NCBI RefSeq assembly: GCF_004010195.1
Contig: NC_057751.1
Coordinates: 18,073,325-18,137,324 of the forward strand
Source: Chiloscyllium plagiosum
Taxonomy: Eukaryota
Direction of reading: 5' to 3'
DNA length: 64,000 bases
Shown here: in pieces, positions 27,539 to 40,290 of the stretch
Numbering within the stretch: the stretch's first letter is position 1
Layout: each line of letters opens with the position of its first letter
Program-made: the position numbers and the translations under genes
The notes under the pieces: model-generated
Database searches by the model: none
Told to the model about the DNA's origin: nothing
What the model saw: the letters and a program-made list of their open reading frames with translations, nothing else

Positions 27539-28215
27539 CCAGCGAACTGTCTACAGTTGAACATCCAAGTTAGTATAGAAATATTTCAGCTACTAACCTG
27601 AAAGGCTAGACAATTTCCCTCAAGGATGCTCCTTCCTCCAAAACCACTCAGTTATTCCATTTTTACATTGGAACCGTCACTCTAATATGCCCTCATAATA
27701 GTTACACGCGTAAGAACTTCATTTACGTTTCTTCATCTGTCAAAGGATCTATGCACCAATAAGTGCAAAATGCTACCATTCCTTCAGACAGTGAAAGAGC
27801 CAAGAGTACATGGTGGAAGTGGGGGGAGCAGGGTGTGCAATGTGTGCAAAGTGATTTAACCTTGAGAAGTGAAATCCATACAGTGTGACATTGTCCAACT
27901 GTATACCCACAGTCCCTGCCAGCCTTCACACATCCTCATTCCTCCTCACCAAGCAACAGTCAATAGACTGAGAGAAACTGTCAGGTTTAAACTAAATGAT
28001 AGTGATGCAATACCTCACCAGAGAGTATATTGCACTCAAATCTAATTTTACTGTTAAGATTCAGGCCTACAGGTTGATCGCTTAAGGGATGAGCTCACAG
28101 TTAGTGAAAGCTAAGGTAATATTTACGTTAACCACTCCATGATAGGTCAATGTTCCAATCAGCATTCGCAATGAAATCATTGGGGTCAGGGGAATAGGAT
28201 GGGATTGTGTTCTGG

Positions 28216-28432
28216 GTAAAAACACGGACGACAGATTCTGGAAACCAGAGTCTAGATTAGAGTGGTGCTGGAAAACCACAGCCGATCATGCAGCATCCGA
28301 GGAGCAGGAAGTCGACGTTTCTGGCAAAAGCCCTTCATCAGGAATCGACTTTTGCTCGAATCATCGATTTTCCTGCTCCTTGGATGCTACGTGACCAACT
28401 GTTCTTTTCCAGCACCACTCTCATCTAGACTC
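28216..28432. mobile_element. Palindromic Penelope-derived element with a hammerhead-like core
   Basis: 31-bp inverted arms at 28245-28275 and 28405-28435 (1 mismatch), with further inner complementarity. Approximate TSD tgggattg(t/a)gtt(c/a)tgg at 28200-28215 and 28433-28448. Confidence 0.8.
28314..28341 (-). ncRNA. Minimal type I hammerhead ribozyme-like motif (Penelope type)
   Basis: Minus strand reads CUGAUGA-A-GGGC-UUUU-GCCA-GAAAC-GUC. The core boxes are intact, but the base pair closing stem II is broken (C to A). Confidence 0.6.
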
Positions 28433-29507
28433 TGGGATTGAGTTATGGTCAAATTTAGTTATCGATTTGACTTAGATTTAGAATTGCAAGTTTGATAAAC
28501 ATAAACATTACGTGAGGGCCAAGAAAGAGATGGCCGTGTCTTAAATGTTATATTTTGGTGAAAATTGCAAACAGATTTACGGTCTGTTCAAGGTTAGATA
28601 GCAATTTTAGCATTAGATTTATGAACAGAATTTCAATTACTATTCGGGCTGATACTAGCTGATATTACTATTAAGGATCAACTTAGCTGTTCAGTCACAG
28701 TTAGAACATTGGTTTAATTAAATGCTGGGCTACAATTAATGGATTTATAATTAGCAAGAACCTACAGGTATTCTTTAAGATAGGTTTAGTGTTCAGCATG
28801 TAACTAGAGTTCTTCTTATTTGTGATATACAGATTGCCTAGTTTTCGATGTTACATTTGATCGTAAGGACGATCACTATCAGTTTTCATGTTGTATGAAA
28901 TGTAAGGTCACCATTTGCGAAAGAGGGCAATACGAAACAGGCCATGGTGATTGAAGGAAGCAATGTATCATAAAGGGCGATAATTTTATAAGAGAAAAAG
29001 TTTTGAATAGAAAGGTGTGTGCAAAGTGACAAAAAAAACATTCTCCCAAATAAGCTTCTTTCTAAGATTATGAAAAGAAAAGAATTAAAAGATTGCTGGG
29101 CACAAATGTTTGGTTTTCCCCAGATATGGAACAGGTGCCAGAAGACTAGAATATTGTATTGCTTTGTTCAAGAAATGTTCCAGTAGTAAGAACAAAAGTT
29201 AAAGGCCGAAAAGATTAACAAACGCTGGAAATGTATAGAAATGATGTGTAAGGAAAAGAATGTTAGTCACATAAAAAGTGACAGCTTGTTTGCATAGAAA
29301 TAGCATGAGTATCCAAAACGAAATGTATGAATTAAAAATAACGGAGTTTCTTTTCAAAGAGATAACAGAAAGGCTGGATGACTGTTGCCATACCATCCAT
29401 CACGTTTTGCTGATTTTCACAGTTCGTTGTAAAATATTTAATGGAGAATTTGTGGTGCGTTTGAGATTATTGGAATCAAAGCACTGGGATATGTCTGTAG
29501 CCTGCTC

Positions 29508-30418
29508 TCAGTTGACCTGTTTCTTAATCAGTTGTAGCATTGGTTTGATAGGGTATTGCATTGCACTCTTGAGTTGCTCTCTGAACTTGGACTGAGTCGC
29601 TGCATAAATAAATGTATTCGTGCAGCAACTCAGATTGCGCAGCATGAATCCAACTCTTTGTAATATGAATTCAGATTTGTTATAATCTCTTGTATTTACT
29701 CCTGCAATGCTATAATATAAGAAATTGATAACATGCACCAACCACAAAAGAAGGAAGCTGCCGGATATGCTGAAAAGTAAAATCACAGATCTCCTTCTAC
29801 TCTCCATTTCTGCATCATTGCAATTATCTTTGGTATTCTAACCTCTCAGTCTTTTACGGATGTGACTACTTACTAATATATATCTAATAGTGAGAGCGTT
29901 CAGCAGCAAAATTAAAACAAATGGCAACAATGGGGTTGAAACCATATTAAAATAATTAAATACCAACCATCCCGGATCTGTATAATACATTGGCTTGACA
30001 TAACAGAACCATGGCACATTATCTATTATAACTCCAGGCTGTTGTAAAAAGTAGTGAGGTATATTTTTTAAACAGAAGAGAAAACCAGTTGCTGCCAAAA
30101 CTACAGTTGCGGTTCTCTCAGTACAATATTTCGCTCTTAGACACTGACAACAAATGGCAACAAATCGATCAAAAGTGAAATTAACGGTGAACCACACTGA
30201 ACAATCTGTGGTTACACAACGCAGAGCATGAATAACACTACACACAGGTGTAATGAGAAAGAAGGATGATGGGAAATAAAAATAAGTGATCCGCCACAGT
30301 ATGACCTCTGTAATAATGAATAGTAGATCCGCCACTGCCATAGCCAATAGGTAGCGAGTGGTACAAGTCGAAAGGCCACATCTTCCATGGGCAAGGATTA
30401 ATATCGCCACCAAATTAA
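29508..30418 (-). pseudogene. Exon 2 of a GPR139/GPR142-like orphan class A GPCR; single premature TAG at 29838-29840
   Basis: Polypyrimidine tract plus CAG acceptor. Translates VNLVAILILAHGRCGLS...LLAMAVADLL...CSVWFTVNFTFDRFVAIC...PLLPFVLILLLNALT...RLRG*NTKDNCNDAEMESRRRSVILLFSISGSF...LSCCTNTFIY. Both ORF-track pieces are in the same frame. Confidence 0.9.
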
Positions 30419-33029
30419 CTGCAAGGGAGAGAGAGAAAAAAAAAAGCAACAGAAATGCATGTTAAAACATTCACTGTGACAATAATGCCGTGCTCTCAAT
30501 TGGCTTTGGTTGATCACAGCTTGCACAATCAAAAATCTCTCGTGAAGTGGAGTACCCCAGGAATCACGAATCAACAAAATAAATTTAAATAATTTCAAAT
30601 GGGGATTTTAAAACGTGCAACTCTCAGACAGTGAAAGCTGGGTCATTCACATTCAGGGATATTCTAGATATTATTTCAGGAGCTGATAAAAGGGAGAGTT
30701 CAAAGAAAATTATTTGATTGAATCATCATCATGTGTGGCTAGAAGCAATAGACTAATTGCAGTTTATTCTGATTTTTATAAACTTCATCAGTTAAAACGT
30801 AATTATGTAAGAGAGGGGATAAGTGAACTAATAGTTTATATGACAACGCAACACAGTGAAACGGATATTAAATGTAGCCAAAAAGCTTGACAGAAGAAAG
30901 GAAGTCCTGTTCTACAATGAATTACTTTAAGTCAATTTTCCTTTGCAATTGCCATAACTAGTATGAAATTGAAAAGTGGAAACACAATATAAAAATAAAC
31001 AGGCACATACAAATTGAAATTATGCTTAATACGGTGAGAAAATGGAACGCATTTATGCATTGCCAATGAGTTTTCACAAGTACAAATTAAGAAAAGCAAT
31101 CAAATTTACACCTGAACAGCGTCACGTTTATCTGTACCGTACAGATCACATGAACTGGAAACTAATTACAGGTAAACACTTATACGCAGTCAGCATTGAG
31201 CTTTGATTAGATTCCCTCCAAGAGACGACATTTAAGATACGAATAAGGACTTTGAACTCGAATTGAAAACTTATAAATTTACAGTTGCATGCACAAACAC
31301 ATGATGTAGAAGTAGATTTGAATGGGAAGTACTGTTCAGTTGCATTTGTTCTCGCATTCTGTTGTTGATTTGACCCTCATGACTCTTCTGTTGGCAAGCC
31401 TGTTTCTACAATTGTATTTTCCTAAATGCTTCTATTGCTTGGTAAGAGAAACAAGGTAGCAGGATCACTCTTACGAAGTTCCTGCTTCATCAGTGGAAAG
31501 TTAGAGTTTACATCAATTATTGAACTAAATATGAATTCATTTTCATCACGTTTCCAAGCAATTTCAGCAGTAGAAAATAAAGAAACTCTTCTCTGAGCTG
31601 GTGAAGAATTGTATACTTCCTTCCTTTGTGATCTCTTCCCAGCTCTGAGCTAATCAATGAGATTTGAATCCATTGCAATGTTTTTGGCTGGCAAGACATC
31701 TATATAATTTATAACTGGTCTATCGTCTAAAAACAATAGACCTTTGATTTCCAGCAAAAGCCTTATCCCTACAGCCCCTCGCATACAACTCATCTGGAAC
31801 TCAAACTTCAAGTAATGATTTTCGAAGTTTTGTATGGTTAGTGCCTGCAATGACATCACAGATTTGTTACTTTCCAAGTACACAGCCGTCTCTTAAATAA
31901 CTGTATATTAAAATAGTGCTGTGTTTTTTTCGACCATATTTTTCAAACATGCATAAGATTTTATAAAATCTAATATGTGAACATCATTCGCAACTCCCAT
32001 GCATGACATAAACATTTTGCGATTCACACCCGAGCACACTCAGCTCCATCTACCTCTTGGTGTTCTGAAATCTCTCTACATTTTGATCATCTTATGCTCA
32101 TTATATTCTTCTGGCTAAAGTTCACAATCGTAGATTTCACATAATGTACACCATTTCCCTTACCTTTGCGTATTCATATTGCCTGCTGGTATTTCTATGG
32201 AACCTCTTCATATCGTCTTCACATGATAGATTTTGAATCCACAGCAACTTTGACTGCAGCTATTAGTGGCATTTTCATATCTTCACTTATATAAATTATA
32301 AGCTGTGTGGATCCCACTTCCTGTAATAAATCACTTATTGCCTCTTGCTACAATGAGAAATACATAATGAAACTCTATATTTGTTCCTGTCGCCAAACAG
32401 TCATCTAACCATGCCAATTACGTTAGAGCACATAACGTCTGAGTGTTTAATTTCGGCTATACATTATTATACCACTCCTGATCAAATCACTTCTGTGAAG
32501 CAAAGTCCAGTCCAACTTCTCGGTCACTTTTGTCGCCTTCACAAACAACTCCAAGAGATTGAGTCAGAAATTCATACAGCAGGATAAAAAACACTTAGGC
32601 CCAAAAGCTAAGGCGACCATTACCCTAAACTAAATGAGAACGACCTACCTTATCTTCAATCATTTTCTATTTGTCTACATATGTAAATAGTCAAACATAC
32701 TTTCAATGTCAGAAAATTGTGTCGGCTGTTGGTGAACCAATTGCGCTCTAACTTAAAAATTCATCTCTCTGTTGGAACCTGCAACCTCATAATCATAACG
32801 TAGTCGGGAGCAACAGCAAACTTTAAAATAACGGGCTTGTTGTGCAATAGTAGAATCTCAACTTGAGGAGAGTCCTAGCCTCAAGTCGGAGCTTTTTCTC
32901 AAGTGTGCCATGCATTTCACAAGACACTGATTAGAAAGTATATAACTCACAGTGAAGGCACTGCCGAGGAAATTAAATTCACTACTGGATAGAAGCTCCC
33001 TGGACCAATCTGAATTCTGAATCTGAAAA

Positions 33030-34575
33030 AGAAATTTCCCCATAAAATTGTCCTCCTGTACAAGGAGGGTAGTAGGGATATTCACAGTAACTACAGACCA
33101 GTGAGCCTAACTTCAGTGGTGGAAACGTTGCTGGAGAAGGTACAGAGGAATAAAATATATTTATATTTGGAAAATAATGGGCTTGTCAGCGATAGGGAAG
33201 ATGGCTTTGTGCGGGGAAGTCGTACCTTATTTAATAGACAACTTTGAGGAAGTGACCAAGTTGATAGATGAAGAAAGGGCTGTGGATGTCACATACATGG
33301 ACTTTAGCATGGCTTTAGCATGGTTCCCCATGTAAACTAATGGACCCATTGAAGTCAAATTGTGTACAGGGTATTCTAGTTAGGTGGATAAAGAACTGGT
33401 TGAACAACAAGAGACAGTGAGTAGTAGTTAAAGGGAGTTTCTCGAAATGGATAAAGGTGACCAGTGGTATTCCACAGGGGTCAGTGGTGGGGGCACTATT
33501 GTTTGTAACATACATATTTGATCTGGTGGAGGTCACTATTGATATGATCAGCAAGTTTGCAGATGACACGAAAATTGCTAAAGTAGCAGAAAGCATAGCG
33601 GACTTCCAAAGTATACAGAAGAATATAGATAGACTGGAAAGTTGGATGGAGAAGTGGCAGATGGAGTTCATCCAGGTAAACGTGAGGTGATGAATTTTGG
33701 AAAGTCTAATTCGAGAGAGAATTATACAGTACACGGAACAACATTGCTAAAGTTGATTAGCAGACATGTCTGGGAGTTCAGGTCCATTGTACCCTGAGGG
33801 TTGCTGCACAGGTGGTTAGAGTAGATAATAAGGCACATGATATGGTCACCTTCATCGGACGGGGCATTGACGATAATAGCTGGTAGGTCAAGACATTGAC
33901 TCGGCAGCATTTGGAATATTGTGTACAGTTCTGGTCGCCACATTACCAAAAGTATGTGGACGCTTTGGAAACAATGCAGAAAAGGTTTACGAGGATGTTG
34001 CCTGGTATGGAAGGTGCTGGCTATGAAGAGAGTTTGAGCAGGTCAGACTTGTTTTTCAATAGAAAAAAAGGAAATTGAGGGGGGACCTGATGGAGGTCTA
34101 CAAAAAATGAAGAATATAGACAGGGTAGATAGAGATAAGCGTTTTCCCAGGGTTAAGGATTCAATGACGAACGATCACACTTTCAAGGTGAGAGATGAAA
34201 ATTTTAAGGGGATACAGACAGCAAATATTTTATAAACAGTGTGGTAGGTGCCTGGAACGCATTGCCAGTAGAGGTAGTAGAGGCAGGCACGGGCGATTTG
34301 TTTTAGAAGCGTCTGGACAGATGCATGAGTAGGTGGGGAACAATTGGATATAGATGCTGAGGGAGCGGGCACTGTCGGAGGATCAGTGCTGAGGGAGTGG
34401 GCACTGTCGAAGGGTCAGTGCTGAGGGAGTGGGCACTGTCGGAGGGTCAATGCTGAGGGAGTGGGCACTGTCGGAGGTGGGTGACAGGCTTATACAGTGG
34501 AAATGGATCAACTCTGGCTTGGAGGGCCGAAGGGCCTGTTCTTCGGCTGTAAATTTTATTTGTTTTCTTTGTTCT
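33030..34575 (+). mobile_element. CR1 ORF2/3' UTR fragment in the GPCR intron
   Basis: NYRPVSLTSVV, TSGIPQGSVVGALLF, SKFADDTKI, HLEYCVQFWSPHY, and a gggccgaagggcctgtt 3' end. Confidence 0.9.
34355..34477 (+). repeat. 32-bp minisatellite, about 4 copies (tgctgagggagtgggcactgtcggagggtcag)
   Basis: Directly visible; embedded in the CR1 3' UTR. Confidence 0.9.
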
Positions 34576-35633
34576 TCTAAAGTGATTTAACAAAAAAAGT
34601 CTGGGATCTTGAGACTGTTAATCGCATAGTGTAACTTCTGACTAACTCCTTAATTAACCTAATACTAGGATCAACTACACTTCCCTCAAACAACTCACAA
34701 CTCTCACCCATTAAAAACGCTCGCCTTCCTCTCCGCCTGACCCAGACAAGACCCTCTTGTATCTTTGTCTGACCCAGACCTGATCCTCTTAGACATCACA
34801 GCGTACAAAAACATGCCTTCCCGCGTTGGAGCTGACTATGTCTGCCTTGCTGAATCTGTTAATCTCTGCACATGTGGAAAAGACAGAATGTTTCCTCAGT
34901 TGTTTGACTTTCACATCGATGAAAGTAAATACTGTAACAACACCCTCTAGTTGTTTGTCTGACAATAAATATTCAGCAAGACACTTCACTACACCCGAAA
35001 ATTCAAAAGCAAAGAAGGAATGTATTTCACTCAGAATCTTTACAAGAGAACAACAGAAATATGAATTTTGCCACAATTTTTTGTAATCTATAACACACGC
35101 AATAGCAGCTGCAGTGGTTTGGAGAGTCGAAAGATTAAATGGAAATAGAGCTAACATAGCTCATTCCAGTTTGTAGCCCATATTCAAGAACGTGTTTCAG
35201 TATTAGGTTCTCCAAAAAAAAATCCTCTGGCTCAGGTGTCCCTCATTGTATGATTTTCCGTTCAGTGGATTGCAAAAGCGAGTGATTTCCTATTCTTGTA
35301 TGCCATTAACATTACCTGACACACAAGTATTAGCGATACGCAATTAATAGAAATGCACTGTGTCTAATACTTCTCTCAGTATTGCCTACGTGCGCAGGAT
35401 TTCAAACAAAAATGAAATAACCTAAGCTGAAAAAGCATATGTATTTTTCATGGTAAAAAATCAATGTTCAATGAAATTCCGAACATTTGACTCCACAAAA
35501 CAACGTCATTGATTGGTACCTGTATAACAGTCAATAGTAGAACCGTGTACAATCTTACACAATCACAGAATGAAAACCAAAATCTGGCTCTCACAAAATG
35601 TTACAGAAGTTCGATTGCTTCTGATCCACTTAC

Positions 35634-35700
35634 CAGGTACGCCAATAACAGCAAGGTTACTGTAATATATTTTCAAGACGTTGTCAATTGGATAATGCAT
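35634..35700 (-). pseudogene. Exon 1 (coding part) of the same GPCR
   Basis: ATG start, MHYPIDNVLKIYYSNLAVIGVP + G|gtaagt. 67 nt, phase 1, which joins exon 2 in frame (G|TT = Val) and completes TM1. Spliced length 978 nt (325 codons plus stop). Intron 30419-35633. Confidence 0.85.
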
Positions 35701-35785
35701 TTCCCTCAAAATGAATTCGTCGCTTTTTGATGCAGAAAATCTCAGTATGTTAAAACCTATATCAATAGGTTTTTAATGCACTCAG

Positions 35786-35791
35786 TTTATA
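35786..35791 (-). promoter_or_regulatory. Candidate TATA box of the GPCR
   Basis: TATAAA on the minus strand about 85 bp upstream of the ATG. The AT-rich background weakens the call. Confidence 0.35.
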
Positions 35792-38579
35792 TGCTGTTGG
35801 ATCTCGACAGGACGAGTGAGATTACAACATGTAGCATTAAAAAGGGCAGGTATGTCATGACAGTCAACTCCCTGCAGAGATGTAAAATACTTAGTAATGA
35901 AGTGCAGCTGCTTTCTTATCACAGTAGTTAATTATTTCTTACTTTTAATGCAATTTATAATCCGCAGTGTAATTAATTCAGAAACAGTAGATTCATCCTG
36001 ATAACTCATGCTGCATCGGAAACTTCCAAGTGAGAGTACGAGTACTCAGTAATTGCAACCTAACTGGTGATGCTTCTAGGATATTGCTGTTCTATGTCGG
36101 GCCCTTTTTTTAAATGTCCAAAATGATGTGGATCGTTGAATATTCACAAAATGACTGAGGTTCTCCCAAAATTTAGGAATCTGAAACTTAATGTCACACT
36201 ATTCATATAAATTTGACTTCCAGTGCATTCACCAGAAGGAATACGACAATGGAACATGATTTTTTGAAAAGGGCTGTGAGTGACAGTGAAGGCAGAGTGA
36301 ACACAAGCTCACAATATTTTGCTCAGGGAAGCTTTCTACATAACTACGTGTCTGGTGAATCTGGAGAGAAGCAGTGTTGGAAGGGTTTCTTGAAAACGTG
36401 GAAGGAAAATGCAGTTCAGAATGACAGTGACAAAAGCAAACTACAAAATATAAATTACCAGTGATGACGTGGGTAAATGCCAACTTCAATACATCTATAA
36501 TGGAACCGTGTTGATGGAATGGATAACTATGCTTACGGGGAAAAAATCGCAGCTGGACATTTTTTTCTTTAATCTGAAAGTAGAAATACCGAACGGAAAT
36601 TGCAAGGTGTATCCGCTAAAACCGAATAGAAACAAAACCGAATTAAAACACATAATTAAAATTGTCGTTATGAGAGTCAGAAAAACAAATTGAGATTTCA
36701 ACATGACTGTGACATTTGCATATGAGAAGTGAAACATGAGTAAGAGAAGGAAAGTTGGATTATGGAAAGAGACTGGAACATCTTCGAAATGCTTCTCATG
36801 CAACTGTGCTTTTTTAGCATTAAGGCGATTCTATTTCATGCAGTTATTAGATGTTGATTTTCCAATGCCCGGTAGGGTCACAATAAAGCATTCCTAACAT
36901 TGCTTTGGTACATTGCTTTACTTATTTTTTTTTTTAACCTTGAAACAACATTTTGTATGAAACATCATAAAGTTTCCCTTCCTAATCAGCGGCTGAACCT
37001 GGATGCCAATTTTATGTCCTTAAGGTACCTGGAGACAAAAACCTTTCTGTAACACCGTGTTCTCAAATCTCTCTCCAATTATAAACTTACTGATATCCTA
37101 TTGTCCCTGCTAAAATGGACAGCTTCCAAAAAACACAATTATACTTGTGCATTCTGCCGAAAATTTGCTCACTATTTTCATCTCCTTCTGTTCCATAATA
37201 TAATCTGACATCTTCTTGACAAAGTTTTGAACGACAATATATGTGCATTACATATCATCTGTCCACCTGATATACTGTATTTACAAGAATAGTCTCATCT
37301 CTTGAAACATTGTTCAGGATCAACATTCGCCAATATTTGTGAGTCTACCTCACATAAAGGCACTCTACTCCCCCATCACTACTCAGATCAGAATTGCAAC
37401 GCTGTGAACAGTTTCGTGCCTCTGATATAAGAAAAGGTATTCTGGCAGTCGATAGAGTGCAGTGAGGATTCGCTCGGCTGACAGTGGGTGTGGAGGGATT
37501 GTCTTATCAGAAAACGTTGAGTGAGTTGTGCTTATGCTATTTGAATACAGAAAGTTTGTTTTTTTTTTCCCCTGTCGAAGAAATGAAGGACTTGCCACAG
37601 ATACAATGCAGCAGTCAGTCACGAGGCTGATGCTAATGATATCCAGGATAACTTCTGAGGACAGATTACATCGTTTAGGGAATTGACTGGAATTCAGAAG
37701 AACGCGAAGAGATCTGGTTCGAAATAATGCAATTACAACAGATCTGTACAGAGTAGGTGCAAGGAGGATATTCTTCATCCGTGGAAAGTCCAAAATCAGT
37801 GTTCACAGTCGCAGAAAGTTGATCAAGTCACATCGAACAGAACCGTTTCTATCCTGAAATACATAAATGTTGTATTTGGACAGAACACGAAATTGTGCTC
37901 ATTCTTACATTCCTGCATTTTATAAATGTTACTTAGCTTGGCAGAAACTGTTTGTAATTATTCTGAAGATGAATGTGGCCCACTGGATTACTGTTGTCGA
38001 TCTCAGTAAAACAGACTTGGCAATGGAGCCTGGCTCTTCAAAGCCGATCTGCTTGCATCTTCATGGACATCAGTAATTGTCACTTTGCAACATGTCAGTG
38101 TTCTGTGTAATTTGGATACAAGGATGTCTGATCACACAAATAGACTCTTCCAGCGTTGGGGAGAATAATTAATTAGTCAAATAGGAACTGGAAAAATCTT
38201 TGACAGAGAATAACAAGTAAGATTATTGGGGAGAAATGAGCACACTGATACATTCAATTTATTTTCCAAAGAAACAGCACGTCTGTATCGGTGAATAGCC
38301 AGCTCTGCTGCTGTACAATGGATACATCTGGGCATGTGCCCTTTCTGCATAGAACTAATCACATGTATACACACTTTCAGAGTTTTCACTAAGCTCCCAC
38401 CTGACGGAAGGGTCACCAAGACAAAAAGAAAAAAAAGGAAATACACGTTTTAAGAGAGAAAGGTTTCACCTGACCTTCCTGGATGTTCCATCTCAAGCAA
38501 GGATGTCACACATAGTCATAGAGTCATAGAGATGTGTAGCATGGAAACAGATCCTTCGGTCCAATCCGTCCATGCCATC

Positions 38580-40290
38580 TAGGCTAACAAATGGAGAAAC
38601 AGTCAGCCCTTTACAGACGAAACATTCCACCTTAATGTTGAACCGAACCAGATAGGAGAGGTATTAAATTAATATGTTACATCGGTTATTACAATGGAGA
38701 AAGAAATAGCGGCTGGAAAACTCAAAGGAATAAGTACTGAGGCTTTGTGAAAAGTTTACGTTACAAAAGAGGAATTGCTGGATATCTTAGAAAATATTAA
38801 GTTGGAAGTATGTTCAGGATCCGATCTTTTGTGTTCCACAATTTTGTTTGAAGTGAGAAAGGAAATTACGGGATCATTTGCAAAACATTCATGCCGCATG
38901 TAACTACAGTAGAGATATCAGATGACTGGACAGTGGTAAACGTTGTGCATTTCTTTCAGAGGGTTTGTAAGGAGAAGATTGGGAACTATACACCTGTGAG
39001 TCTGACTTCAGTATTGGATAAGTTTGGGGAGAGATTCTGAAAGAGAAGAATTATGTACAGTTGGGCGGTAAAGAATAGGTCGGGTATACAGTGTGGTGTT
39101 GTGTGAGGGAAATCATGTCTCACATACTTGATAAAGTTTGTTCAGCAATCAACCAAGAAAATGGATAAGTGCAGAGTGATATATGTTGTTTACTTAGACT
39201 TTCACAAAACCTTTGACAAATTGACGTGATACACTAATCCATGTGATATTGCCGACTGGATGCAAAATTGTCTTAATAACAGGAGAGTGAGAATGATGGC
39301 GAAGGTTTGTTTATCGGATTGAGAACTGTGATAATCGGCGATCCACAGGGATTGGTGCTGGGTCCACTTTCGTTTTTCGTTGATGTAAATAATTCAGATG
39401 AGACTATAGAAACCATGGTTTGTAAGTCTGTGAATGATACAAAGATTGGTGGTAAAGTGGAGTGAAAACAAATCCATCTGAGATTAGAAAGAGGTCTTGA
39501 TCAATTGGGACAGTAGGTTAAAACATTTCAAACAGAGCTTAATTTGGATAAATGCATGATCTTGCATTTTGGAAAAATAAACATTGACAAGACTTACACA
39601 ATTAAATGCAGACCCTTGGGCTGTGATGCAGATGAGAAAGACCTAGTTCCATAATTCTTTAAATATCACAGCACATTTAGACACTTTTGTGCAGAAGTTA
39701 TTTAGCATATTTCCCTTAATTATTGAGAATTTTGGATATTGGAATTGATATGCTATGTAGAAAACGACGAAGATGTTGGAGAGGCCTCTTCTTGTCGACG
39801 TGTTTGGAACGGATATGAGGGTGTTGTTGGGAATGAAGTATTTGCATTCGAAAGAGACGCAGGATATTCTTACATGTTTTATTTAGCGAGCGTTGGAGGT
39901 TGTGACCTGACATTATACAGGTGTTTTTGATAATGAGTGGGAGAGATAAGGTGAATTTTAGTTGTATTTTCCCTCGGGTGGGGAAGTTCAAGAATTTGTA
40001 AGCCTATTTTTAAGGTGAGAGCAGAAAGATTTGAAAAGAGGCATGAAATGGAAATGTAGTAACACAGAAAGTGGTTCGTGTGTGGAATGAAATTCCACAG
40101 GTAGTGGTGGATGAGGTTACAGTGATACGTTAAAAAAGATACTTAGGGATCCATGCAAATGGAAAATATTTGACAAGGTATGACTCAGGCGCAGGTCGGT
40201 GGGATTCGTGTACTTTTGGACTATGGTTGGCATAGACTGGTGGAGTGAAAGATTTTTATTGGTGCTGTATGATTCGATTCCACCAGAATT
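38580..40290 (+). mobile_element. Degenerate CR1 ORF2/3' UTR fragment
   Basis: DDWTVVNVVHFF, NYTPVSLTSV, YLDFHKTFDK, PQGLVLGPL, NDTKIGG, and a tatgattc tail. Confidence 0.85.

Noticed and set aside
34355..34477. CRISPR-like 32-bp periodicity
   Set aside because: Pure tandem repeat with no unique spacers and no cas genes, in eukaryotic DNA.
38395..38425. cctgacggaagggtcacc as another hammerhead
   Set aside because: The CUGANGA box is disrupted, and the GAAA box and stem III are missing.
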